NCBI GenBank assembly: GCA_947624995.1
Contig: CANQMS010000009.1
Location: 6,882 to 70,881 of the forward strand
Length of the DNA: 64,000 nucleotides
Origin: an uncultured Clostridia bacterium
Lineage (GTDB): Bacteria; Bacillota; Clostridia; Oscillospirales; CAG-272
Direction: 5' to 3'
Below are positions 52,281 to 61,091 of this stretch, in pieces. The translations under genes were made by a program, and so were the position numbers. The notes below the pieces were generated by a model. The model was not told the origin of the DNA. It made no database searches and worked only from the letters and a program-made list of their open reading frames with translations. Position 1 is the first letter of the stretch; each line of letters begins with the position of its first letter.

Positions 52281-54746
52281 ATGGAGATCGAAAGAAAGTA
52301 CGCGCCGATACTCCACACGGGGTTTTCGGAAAATTACTCGGGCGGCGACATGAAAAAATTCGCCGAGCTGCTCGAAAGCCGCGGATATTCGGGCTTTTCC
52401 GCCGAGGGAAAGTCGTCCGCGGGACCCGTCGACGACGTCGGCGGCTGGATCGACGGCTACATGAACGGGCTGCGCGAAGCGTGCCGCGAGTGTACGGAGC
52501 GCGGGCTCGACGTCTGGATCTTCGACGAGTGGGGGTACCCGACGGGGACCGCCGCCGGAAGGACGATGGCGGACCACCCCGAGTGGCGCTCGAAGACGCT
52601 GCACTGCGCCCTCGACATGATCGTCTCCGAGGGGGAGACCGTCACGGTGACGGCGCCGCAGCACCTGCTCGCCGCCGCGGCGTGGCACGTCGGGAAGAAC
52701 GTGTTCGCGGGACCGGCGGGCGGGTACGAGGTGATCCCCGCCGTCGACGGGAAGCTGACGTACACGGCGTCTCACCGGCGCTGCCGCCTCGTCGCCGCGA
52801 CGTGGGAGTTCGACACGACGCGGACGGTCGGCGTTTTCCGCCCCGACCCCGAGGATGACGCGCAGTGTACGCTCGACCTCTTGTCCCGCGAGGCTGTCGC
52901 GCGCCTGCTCGAGGTCATGCACGGCGAATATTACCGCCGGATGCCGGAATATTTCGGGAACACGATAAAGGGGTTCTTCTACGACGAGCCGTTTTTGTCG
53001 TTCCCGCTGCCGTACACGTTCGACCTCATAGACGAATTCATCGAAAAGAAAGGCTACGATCCGACGGAACAGCTGCCGCTGCTCGTGACGGGCGGGGGAG
53101 GGCGCGTCCGCGACGACTGGCGCGACGTCGCGACGACGCGCATGGCGGAGGCGTTCTTCGGCGGGATGCGGGACTGGTGCCATGCTCACGGCGTCGAGCT
53201 CGTCGGGCATCAGGACCTCGACCACGACGTCCGCTCGACGAACACCGTAAGCGGCGACTTTTTCAAGAACAACATATATAACGACGCGCCCGGCGTCGAC
53301 TACATCTGGGCGCAGATAAGACCGGATCACACAGCCGATTATCCGCGCCTCGCCGGGTCATTCCGGCGCATGACGGGAAAGGCACACGCGGCGAGCGAGA
53401 GCTTTGCCGCCGTCGGGAACTGTCTCTACCCGGACTATATGCGCTGGGCGATGGAGTATCAGGCGGTGCGCGGGATAGACAGGTTCTTCCTCATGATCGC
53501 GGCGCCGGAGGGCGGGCGCGGCTTCGGCACGCCGCTCGACTTCTCCCACCCGGTCTCGGAGATGTTTGCGCGCGACGTGAACAGGCACGTGGCGGCGGCG
53601 GTAAAGCTGCTCTCCGAGTCGTCGCCGTCCGCGTCGACGGCGCTCTACATCCCGCGCGACCGCATAAACGCGGAGTACCCGCCCGCGCGGGCGAACCGCG
53701 TGTCGCTGCATTTGCCGTGGGAGTGGGTGAACGACACGGCGGAGGCGATGCTGTACGCGCCGGTCGATTTCGAATACATCTGGGACGACCCGCTCGTCTC
53801 GCTGCCGCTCGCGGAGGACGGCTCGCTCTTAATGATGACGGGGCAGCGGATAAATACGCTCGTGATCCCCGCGGTGCCGAGGCTGCCGGATGGCGTCGGT
53901 GAGCGCGTACACGAGATGCAGTCGCGCGGCGCGCGCGTCATCTTCGTGAGCTTCGCGGCGGACGGGTTCGTCGGCTCGGAGGTCGTCACGTACCCGGAGG
54001 ACGTCGGCGAAGCGCTGACGGGCAGGCGGCGGGACGGCAGAGTCTCGCAAACGGTGCGGACTTCCGCGGAGCGGACTTTATACTTCTATCTCAACGAGTC
54101 GGCGAAAAAATACGAGGGCACGCTGAGGCTCCCCGGAGCGGATTCCGGGCGGCTCGAAAAATTCGACTTTTCCGACTGCGAGTGGTACGAGGCCGACGGC
54201 GGGACGCTCTCGCTCTGCCCGCTCGAATTGGGAATTTACAGCATTACTTTTGAAGGAAGTAATGCCCCCGGCAGCGGCAGGCGGAAGCCGACCGCGTACG
54301 GGGAGGCTCTGGTCCCGCGCGGATGGAGCGTTCGCAGGCGGGACGGCGGGGGAGAGGCGCATACGGATGAGCTCTGCGACTGGCGGGAGCTCTTCGGCGC
54401 GTACTCCGGCGTTGCCGATTACGGTGCGGAGGTGACGGTCCCCGAGGACGGGACGTACAGGCTGAACCTCGGGCGCGTGTGCTATGCCGCCGCCGTCTGT
54501 GTCGACGGCGGGGAGCCGGTGAACCTGCCGTTCGCGCCGTTCGAGACGGATCTTTGCCTTGCGGCGGGAGAACACACGCTCCGGATATCGGTCCTCAACG
54601 CGGACGCCGCGTCCGTCCTCGGGACGGCGGAGAGCGAGAAGCGCGCGAGGGCGGAGCGACGGTTCCGGGATATATGCGAAAACGACCGCGACTGCGTCGC
54701 CTCGGGGCTCTTCGGTCCCGTGACGCTGAGGCGGTGCCATAACTGA
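52281..54746 (+). CDS. putative glycoside hydrolase with C-terminal galactose-binding-like jelly-roll domain (family not resolved)
   Basis: Start at MEIERKYAPILH... (AGGGAG SD). About 821 aa, with no signal peptide. VWIFDEWGYPTG and the C-terminal YSGVADYGAEVTVPEDGTYRLNLGRV..AAAVCVDGGEPVNL...HTLRISVLN resemble glycosylhydrolase-like jelly-roll proteins. Confidence 0.45.
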   Translation: MEIERKYAPILHTGFSENYSGGDMKKFAELLESRGYSGFSAEGKSSAGPVDDVGGWIDGYMNGLREACRECTERGLDVWIFDEWGYPTGTAAGRTMADHPEWRSKTLHCALDMIVSEGETVTVTAPQHLLAAAAWHVGKNVFAGPAGGYEVIPAVDGKLTYTASHRRCRLVAATWEFDTTRTVGVFRPDPEDDAQCTLDLLSREAVARLLEVMHGEYYRRMPEYFGNTIKGFFYDEPFLSFPLPYTFDLIDEFIEKKGYDPTEQLPLLVTGGGGRVRDDWRDVATTRMAEAFFGGMRDWCHAHGVELVGHQDLDHDVRSTNTVSGDFFKNNIYNDAPGVDYIWAQIRPDHTADYPRLAGSFRRMTGKAHAASESFAAVGNCLYPDYMRWAMEYQAVRGIDRFFLMIAAPEGGRGFGTPLDFSHPVSEMFARDVNRHVAAAVKLLSESSPSASTALYIPRDRINAEYPPARANRVSLHLPWEWVNDTAEAMLYAPVDFEYIWDDPLVSLPLAEDGSLLMMTGQRINTLVIPAVPRLPDGVGERVHEMQSRGARVIFVSFAADGFVGSEVVTYPEDVGEALTGRRRDGRVSQTVRTSAERTLYFYLNESAKKYEGTLRLPGADSGRLEKFDFSDCEWYEADGGTLSLCPLELGIYSITFEGSNAPGSGRRKPTAYGEALVPRGWSVRRRDGGGEAHTDELCDWRELFGAYSGVADYGAEVTVPEDGTYRLNLGRVCYAAAVCVDGGEPVNLPFAPFETDLCLAAGEHTLRISVLNADAASVLGTAESEKRARAERRFRDICENDRDCVASGLFGPVTLRRCHN

Positions 54747-54770
54747 AAAACCGAAAGGGGATATACGAAA

Positions 54771-55775
54771 ATGAAAAAGACATTTGCGGCGAAAATTCGC
54801 GCCGCCGCGCTCATCACGGCGCTGGCGCTCGTTTTCATGCTCGCGGCGTGCGACGGCGGGACAGGCAGCTTCAACGGCGGGAACGGGAACGGGACCGGAA
54901 ACGGGAACGTGACCGGGAGCGCGGGCGGGACCGCGGGCGCGCCCGCGGATTCGGCGGCGCCGGGACCCGGCGGGGACGAGGTGACGGACCCGACGGGGCG
55001 GTACTCGAACTTTGACCTCCGCGCGACATACGACGAGAGGACGGCGACGAAGATAGTATTTTCGGACGGCGGCGCCTCCGTCGACGGCGCAGGCGCTTCC
55101 GCGGACGGGACGTCGGTCCTGATCGTCGGCGAGGGGACGTACATCGTTTCGGGCTCGTGCTCGGACGGGCAGCTCACCGTCGAGGTCAAGGACAAGGAAA
55201 AGGTGCAGCTCGTCTTTGACGGGCTGAAGCTCGCGTCAAAGACGAAGGCGCCGTTATGGATAAAGAGCGGCGACAAGGTCTCGGTCACGCTCGCCGACGG
55301 CACCGTCAGCACGCTCGAGGACAACTCCGCCTACACGGACGCGAACGCGGACGGCGAGCCGAACGCGTGCATGTTCTCGAAGGTCGACCTGACGATCAAC
55401 GGCACAGGCACGCTCAACGTCCACGGCAACGTCAACAACGGCATCACGACGAAGGACGACCTGAAGATCGTCAGCGGCACCGTCAACGTGACGGCGAAGA
55501 ACCACGGCATCCGCGGCAACGACAGCGTCAGCATCCGCGGCGGGAACATCACGGTCACGGCGGACAACGACGGGATCAAGACATCGAAGGACGACGACCC
55601 GGAGAAAGGGTACATATATATCGAGGGCGGCACGATCACGGTGACCGCCGGGGACGACTGCTTCCAGGCGGTGACGGGCATCACGGCGACTGCCGGGTCC
55701 ATCACGGCGACGGCGGGCGGCAAGCGCACGAACTGCCCGGTCGAGGACAATATCGCCGACGGCGTCATGAAGTGA
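54771..55775 (+). CDS. Cthe_2159-like carbohydrate-binding beta-helix lipoprotein
   Basis: 334 aa. Lipobox MLAAC and a G/N-rich linker. Then IVFSDGGASVDG....VLIVGEGTYIVSGSCSDGQLTVEVKDKEKVQLVFDGLKL.... and repeated I.G.N.T..A..DGI.. turns. Confidence 0.55.
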   Translation: MKKTFAAKIRAAALITALALVFMLAACDGGTGSFNGGNGNGTGNGNVTGSAGGTAGAPADSAAPGPGGDEVTDPTGRYSNFDLRATYDERTATKIVFSDGGASVDGAGASADGTSVLIVGEGTYIVSGSCSDGQLTVEVKDKEKVQLVFDGLKLASKTKAPLWIKSGDKVSVTLADGTVSTLEDNSAYTDANADGEPNACMFSKVDLTINGTGTLNVHGNVNNGITTKDDLKIVSGTVNVTAKNHGIRGNDSVSIRGGNITVTADNDGIKTSKDDDPEKGYIYIEGGTITVTAGDDCFQAVTGITATAGSITATAGGKRTNCPVEDNIADGVMK

Positions 55776-55832
55776 CGCCCGGGGCGAAGCGAAAAACCGG
55801 CGTACACATCATACGTTTGATAATATTTCGGA

Positions 55833-56879
55833 GTGGATTTTAATATGAAAAAACGGATCGCTTTGATTTCGGTCACTCTCGCCGTTCTTATGATATGTAT
55901 GTTTTCGTCCTGCGCGGACATGTACCCCGGCAGCGCCGGAGTGGAGGATCCGAACGGGAACTATAACGGCGACGTCAACGGCGAAAATGATAATTACAAT
56001 GACAATGACGACGATGACAATGACCGCACCGGCAACAGCAGCAACAGCGGCAGCAGCAGTAACAGCAGCGGCAGCAGCAACAGCGGTGGCAGCAGCAACA
56101 GCAACAGCGGTGGCAGCAGCAACAGCAACAGCAGCGGCAGCAGCAGCAACAACAGCGGCAGCAACAACAGCGGCAGCAGCGGAAATCAGTCTTCGGCGTC
56201 GTCCGTGACTTTGCCGGATCCGGGGGCGTTTTTGCACGGAAAAGTATCGCGGTCGACGGACGAAAAGATCACAAACGGGCGCAGCATCATATTCCTTTAT
56301 GAAGAGGACGGATGCGAGGGCGCCGAGGAGTACGCGGAGCTGCTGTCGGATCCGCGGTTCCATCTGCGGCTGACAGACGAAGGGGAATCGAAAGAATGGT
56401 CGGACGGGGATTTTTCCCGCTACTATGTCTTTGAGTATACGGGGTCGGGAAATGTCGGCAGCGTGGCGGTCTCGACGTCGTCCGGCAGTCTTACCGCTCC
56501 GGTCATCCTCCATTTTACCGACTTGCTCGGAAATGGCGCGATGACGGTTTCGTATTCGGACGGTTTCGAGCTCTCGGATATGGGTGACAGAAGCACGTAC
56601 GCAAGCTTTGTCGACAGGAACACCGGAGGCACATCCGGCAGCTCGGGTGACGGCGGTGATGCGGATCATCCCGGGAACTCGGGCGGCGGCTCGACCGGTC
56701 ACTGGGAATGGCAGAAGGTAAAGGTGGATTGCCCGTCCTGCGTCGGCGGCATATGCCCTCTCTGCAACGGCTCCGGAGTATACAGGATGTACGGGCAGTC
56801 GATCCCCTGCGAAAGACGCTGCAGCGTATGCGACGGGCTCGGATATTTCTATCAGGACGAATATGTTTATGTTCCGTGA
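55833..56879 (+). CDS. lipoprotein with a Ser/Asn/Gly low-complexity linker and a C-terminal DnaJ-like CxxCxGxG zinc-finger module
   Basis: 348 aa. Lipobox MFSSC. SNG repeats encoded at about 56035-56190. C-terminal CPSCVGGICPLCNGSGVYRMYGQSIPCERRCSVCDGLGYF. Confidence 0.55.
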   Translation: MDFNMKKRIALISVTLAVLMICMFSSCADMYPGSAGVEDPNGNYNGDVNGENDNYNDNDDDDNDRTGNSSNSGSSSNSSGSSNSGGSSNSNSGGSSNSNSSGSSSNNSGSNNSGSSGNQSSASSVTLPDPGAFLHGKVSRSTDEKITNGRSIIFLYEEDGCEGAEEYAELLSDPRFHLRLTDEGESKEWSDGDFSRYYVFEYTGSGNVGSVAVSTSSGSLTAPVILHFTDLLGNGAMTVSYSDGFELSDMGDRSTYASFVDRNTGGTSGSSGDGGDADHPGNSGGGSTGHWEWQKVKVDCPSCVGGICPLCNGSGVYRMYGQSIPCERRCSVCDGLGYFYQDEYVYVP

Positions 56880-56903
56880 TCTTTTGTAAGGGACAAACGG
56901 AAA

Positions 56904-56932
56904 GGCGGACCCGGACGGGTCCGCCTTTTGTT
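56904..56932. terminator. bidirectional terminator between convergent genes
   Basis: GGCGGACCC-GGAC-GGGTCCGCC with AAA before it and TTTTGTT after it. Confidence 0.7.
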
Positions 56933-56942
56933 CGGATCGGTA

Positions 56943-59171
56943 TCAGTATTTGAAGCTCGTGAAGTTCGAGACGGGGACGGAATAGTTCCCGGGGTCGCTC
57001 GCGGCTTCGTTTACGATGTATTTGCCGCCCGCGTCCTTTGCGTTGGCGACGATGCAGTTCCAGCCGCCTTTTAAAAGAACGGAGCTGTCAAACGTCGCCG
57101 AGGCGGCGCCGCCCGAGACGGCAGCCTCGGCGACGGTTTTGCCGTTGATCTGGAACGAGACGGTTTTTATTCCCGGGTCCCCGACCTCGCAGCTGACCGT
57201 CACGGTGTCTCCGGAAACGGCGTATTCGGGGGCGGATATCAGGTCGGGCGCGATATCGTACATCCCGAGCGAGGCCGCGAGCGCGCCGACGCCGGTGAAG
57301 CGTTTGTCGAGCCACGAGATGCGCTTTGAGATGAACGCCTCCATGCGCGTGTATTCCTCGTCAAACGTTGTGCCGTAACTTTCGGAGGAAAAGCTCGGTA
57401 TACGCGACATCTCATCCGACCAGCGCGCGTCGTTCGCGAGCGCGGCGCGGTATATGTAGTCGCCGTAGGAATCGACGGCGGAGAGCAGGTCCTCGATCAC
57501 GGTGCCGCGCAGCTCCTGCCACCTTTCGTATACGAGCGTCAGGAAGTACGGGTCGCGGACGAGCATCCTGTTCCACTGCTCCTCCTGATAGTACTGCTCG
57601 ATCATGAAGTTATCGCACGTCGTGTGCCACGCCTCGGGCTCCCACGTCGCGCTGTTCCAGAGGACGTTGCCCCACGCCCAGTCGAAATCCCACTGGGGAC
57701 CGATCTTTCCCTGTCCGTCCGTGTCCTTATAGACGAAAAAGCTGTTCTTCATGCTGTCCCAGTTCATCGCGAGCTCGCAGAATATGAAGTTGTCGACGAG
57801 GCTGTCCATGTCGAAGAGCTCGGAATAATGCTTCCCGTCGAACGCCGGGGCGGAAAAATCCACCGGTATATACTCCCGGTCGCTGTATTTCCACCAGTCC
57901 GTCGGCGCGTAATGCGCGTCGCCGTCGCGGTAGAAAAAGTCGTCGCTGTGCAGCGCGAATTCGAACGCCTGCATGTAGGAGGCGGTGTAGGAATAGAGCT
58001 CCGAGGCGTAAAACGAGTCAAACGCTTCGGGCGACTCGGGGGCGGGGGAATTGAAGTAGAGCGGCAGCGAGTAGTACGAGAAGAGCTGCACGATGTCGTA
58101 ATTTGTGTAGGCGTAGAAGTCCATTTCGAGCAGAAATCCGCCCGTCTGCGGCGGGAGCGGGGCGAGCCCCAAATCGTCCGTGAAGGAATACGTTTTCCCG
58201 TTATAGCGGATCTGACCCGTCTTCATCCACGACCAGTCGCGCAGCATCTCGCTCTCGACCGTTTCGGGGGCGCTGTCCGGGTCGCCGAGCAGCTCGCCGA
58301 CCGCCTTGCCCGCGTCCTCGGCGTACGCCTCCCAGTCAAAGATGTTGACGCGGGAATCGGCTATGCGGACGTGCTCGGCGAGCTCGTAGACGCCGCAGTA
58401 TTCGCCGTTATAGATGAGGACGACGTTCTCGGAGCCCATGGCGGCGCGCTCCCCGCCCTCCGACATCGAGCGCCATAATCCGAGCAGCAGCTTGTTGCGC
58501 ATCAGCGTCGGGTCCTTCGCGTTCGCGAGCAGGCACCAGTGCTTGCTCTTCCCGTCGCCGGTCGTGCCGATGCCGAGGAGGTTCGCCTTTTTGTCGAGCT
58601 TCAGCTTGAAGGGGCGCTTCGGCAGCGTCTCCGTCGAGTTCCCGCGCAGGTGGACCGAGGCGCCGCCGGTGTAGCCGTCCTTGCCGTCCTCGCCGGCGAG
58701 GCGGACCGTGACCTCGGAGTACCTCTCGGCTCTGACGGCGCCGTAATCCGTGTCGCTGTCCATATAGAGCACGGGGAGGGCGCTGAAGTATACGCGCTCC
58801 GTGCTCGCGCCGCCGGCGCTCACGGTGAGAAAGCACTCCGTGTCGCCGTCGCCGAGCGTCAGGCTCGGGGACGGCGTCTTCTTTTCCGATACCGTGCCGT
58901 CGATGGCGGACTCGAGCTTCCACGTGTATTCGATCCCGTCGGGACCGTCAACGGTTATGGGCTCGCCGGGGGCGAGCCGTTCGGTCACAAATCCGAGGCT
59001 GTCGAGCTCGACACCGCCCGCGTCTGTGGCGGCGCCGCCCGGCGAGTCACCCCCGCCGGTTTCGCCCGTTTCGGCGCCGTCAGGACCGCTGCACGAGACG
59101 ACGGCTGCCAGCAGCACGGGCAGAAAGCACGCGGCTATGACGGAAATGATGCGGTGTGTGTGTCGTTTCAT
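56943..59171 (-). CDS. CotH-family protein (atypical kinase fold) lipoprotein with a C-terminal Ig-like domain
   Basis: Start set at MKRHTHRIISVIAACFLPVLLAAVVSC (GGGGAG SD). The central KNSFFVYKDTDGQGKIGPQWDFDWAWGN matches the CotH signature (WDxDxxxG). Confidence 0.7.
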   Translation of the reverse strand: MKRHTHRIISVIAACFLPVLLAAVVSCSGPDGAETGETGGGDSPGGAATDAGGVELDSLGFVTERLAPGEPITVDGPDGIEYTWKLESAIDGTVSEKKTPSPSLTLGDGDTECFLTVSAGGASTERVYFSALPVLYMDSDTDYGAVRAERYSEVTVRLAGEDGKDGYTGGASVHLRGNSTETLPKRPFKLKLDKKANLLGIGTTGDGKSKHWCLLANAKDPTLMRNKLLLGLWRSMSEGGERAAMGSENVVLIYNGEYCGVYELAEHVRIADSRVNIFDWEAYAEDAGKAVGELLGDPDSAPETVESEMLRDWSWMKTGQIRYNGKTYSFTDDLGLAPLPPQTGGFLLEMDFYAYTNYDIVQLFSYYSLPLYFNSPAPESPEAFDSFYASELYSYTASYMQAFEFALHSDDFFYRDGDAHYAPTDWWKYSDREYIPVDFSAPAFDGKHYSELFDMDSLVDNFIFCELAMNWDSMKNSFFVYKDTDGQGKIGPQWDFDWAWGNVLWNSATWEPEAWHTTCDNFMIEQYYQEEQWNRMLVRDPYFLTLVYERWQELRGTVIEDLLSAVDSYGDYIYRAALANDARWSDEMSRIPSFSSESYGTTFDEEYTRMEAFISKRISWLDKRFTGVGALAASLGMYDIAPDLISAPEYAVSGDTVTVSCEVGDPGIKTVSFQINGKTVAEAAVSGGAASATFDSSVLLKGGWNCIVANAKDAGGKYIVNEAASDPGNYSVPVSNFTSFKY

Positions 59172-59247
59172 ATTTCGGCTCCCCGTTTTCTTTTTCGGAT
59201 GTGCCGCGGCAACGCTGCCGCGGCGCGTTTTTCGGTAAGTCACTGTT

Positions 59248-59865
59248 TTATCTTTGCCCGATGCGCATCACCATGCGCCGCAGGCTGTCCGCCGTTTGGA
59301 TGATCCCGTATGACACGGGGACGGCGGCGAAGTATGCGCCGCCGGCGCCCGGCGCATCCCCGGGGTATTCGCCGCGGTAGACCTCGCGCCCGGACAGGAT
59401 CATGTGCAGGTCGCGGATCGAGTAGAATCTGTCGCGGATGGGGAAGCCAGCCGTGATCAGTATGCTGACGGCGAATTCGATGCACGTGTAGCAGTCCCTT
59501 ATCGGCGCGCGCACGCGCAGCGGGACGAGCGCGGCGGACGCCATGTTGTAAATGTATCTGTCGGGGTCGGACGCGAGCATCGCGTCTATGCGGCGGCGGA
59601 CGGCGAGCATGTGATCCTCGTCGACATTGACGGCGCAGACGGAGACGTCCGCGCGCTCCCCGCCGACGATGAAGCGCTCGCGCCCCTCACGGACGAATCC
59701 GCCGCAGAACGGTGCGTGCAGCCTTATCCTGCCGAACGAATATACCTCCTCGAGCCCGGGATCGAACGCCACGGAGACGTGGTTGTACCCGAAGCGCGTC
59801 ATCGCGCGGATGAAGCCGCCGGTCTTGTACCGGGTCGCGGTGAAAACGATGTACAGTGTCGCCAT
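59248..59865 (-). CDS. hypothetical protein, possibly a permuted papain-like (NlpC/P60, YiiX-type) fold
   Basis: Start at MATLYIVFTATRY... (AAGGAGGGAGG SD). A His (YNHVSVAFD) precedes a Cys (CYTCIEF), as in permuted NlpC/P60 enzymes. This is a weak call. Confidence 0.3.
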   Translation of the reverse strand: MATLYIVFTATRYKTGGFIRAMTRFGYNHVSVAFDPGLEEVYSFGRIRLHAPFCGGFVREGRERFIVGGERADVSVCAVNVDEDHMLAVRRRIDAMLASDPDRYIYNMASAALVPLRVRAPIRDCYTCIEFAVSILITAGFPIRDRFYSIRDLHMILSGREVYRGEYPGDAPGAGGAYFAAVPVSYGIIQTADSLRRMVMRIGQR

Positions 59866-59879
59866 GCGTGCCTCCCTCC

Positions 59880-60599
59880 TTATATTATCCCGAAAAGTAT
59901 GAGCCCGACCGTGTTTATGCCGAGATTTGCGAATATATGTACGATGTAGGACGGAAGGACGCTCCCGCACCGCTCGTCAAAGAAGTCGAGGACGGCGCCC
60001 GCGAGGAAGAGGGCGGCGATCAGCAGCGCGAAGGTGACGGGCGAGAACCAGCCGGACATTATCGCGATGTGATAGAGTGCGAAGGCGGCGGAGGAAAAGA
60101 CGTACGCCGTCCTCCTGCCGGCGTGTTCCCGCAGCACGCCGAAGGCGAGCCCGCGGAACAAGAGCTCCTCGCAGAACGAGTTTACGAACGAAATGTAGAG
60201 CGCGACGAAAATAAAATTATCGCGCGTGATGCCCTCTCCCGAGGCGAGCGACGCCGTGACGGCGGAAAAGTCAACGACGCCGCGCAGGGCGAAAAAACCG
60301 CCGACGATGACGGCGTAGACTATGACCCCGGCTCCGGCGGCGGCAGTACACGCGCGGGCGGCGCCGACGGGAGCGGGAGATTTGCCTGCATCTTTTCGGG
60401 GGAGGATGAAGCGCAAGACCCCGTCGCCCGAGAGGGACAAATACAGGAGCGGGAGCGCGACGAAAAAGACGAGCTTTACCGCGGACTTGACCGCGTACGG
60501 GGGAGATATGACCCCGTCGACGACAGCCATCACGGCGCAGGCGAGCAGCGTTATCGCCGCGGAAGAGAGGGCTCGCTTTTTGTCCGATAAATTTGCCAT
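59880..60599 (-). CDS. CPBP-family intramembrane glutamic endopeptidase (CAAX/Abi)
   Basis: 239 aa, polytopic. Motif 1 CEELLFRG, motif 2 FALYH, and a later H in IVHIFANL. Confidence 0.8.
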   Translation of the reverse strand: MANLSDKKRALSSAAITLLACAVMAVVDGVISPPYAVKSAVKLVFFVALPLLYLSLSGDGVLRFILPRKDAGKSPAPVGAARACTAAAGAGVIVYAVIVGGFFALRGVVDFSAVTASLASGEGITRDNFIFVALYISFVNSFCEELLFRGLAFGVLREHAGRRTAYVFSSAAFALYHIAIMSGWFSPVTFALLIAALFLAGAVLDFFDERCGSVLPSYIVHIFANLGINTVGLILFGII

Positions 60600-60725
60600 A
60601 ATGCGCCCTCTTCTTTCGCGTAGCGTCCATTATATTAATTATACTACCGCACAGCGCGTTTGTCAACAAAAAGCGGCAGCGGCGCGGGCGGCGGACGGAG
60701 GAGACGGGATCGGGCGGGAGAGGGA

Positions 60726-60766
60726 TTTTATACGTTTGCATAACAAAGTTATGCAAACGTATAAAA
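60726..60766. repeat. 41-bp perfect AT-rich palindrome TTTTATACGTTTGCATAAC-AAA-GTTATGCAAACGTATAAAA
   Basis: 19-bp arms with no mismatch, in the 490-bp intergenic region between the CPBP gene and potA. Confidence 0.85.
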
Positions 60767-60838
60767 AGCCTTTTCTTCCTTTTGCGGGCGGGGAAAACAG
60801 ATATTTCGACCCGATGCAAAAAAATTTTCAAAAAACTA

Positions 60839-60867
60839 TTGCAATCGCAGAATATATCTGTTACAAT
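60839..60867 (+). promoter_or_regulatory. potABCD promoter candidate (TTGCAA-17-TACAAT)
   Basis: TTGCAA at 60839-60844, a 17-nt spacer, and TACAAT at 60862-60867. This implies a 5' leader of about 220 nt. Confidence 0.5.
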
Positions 60868-61091
60868 AAAGCGCAAGTCGGAGGAGCGCACGCAAAAGGT
60901 GCATTTTTCCGCCCGGCTGTTCAGCGAAATTCGCCGATCTCAATCGAATAAAAAAACCGCCCGGTTTCGACGGGCTGCTGTGAGGTAATTGCGTACGGTG
61001 GTCTGTCCCAGATAGAGGGCGGTTTTCTTTGTATTTGAGGCGAGGCGTGTAATGCGAAAGGGGAGTTCCGCGCGAAGGGCGCGCGGCACAC

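Noticed and set aside
50850-53330. An 826-aa minus-strand ORF taken at face value as one large protein
   Set aside because: The N-terminal ~400 aa are Arg/Pro/Val-rich. They lie antisense to the well-supported plus-strand GH-like gene (52281-54746). Only the C-terminal 419 aa, from ATG 52109 with an SD, look like a real protein (Card1-like).
55809-56702. A poly-Ala/Val ORF (minus strand) and a TAAAA-rich ORF (55987-56208, plus strand)
   Set aside because: These are alternative-frame or antisense readings of the GGCAGCAGCAAC low-complexity repeat that encodes the Ser/Asn/Gly linker of the lipoprotein at 55833-56879.
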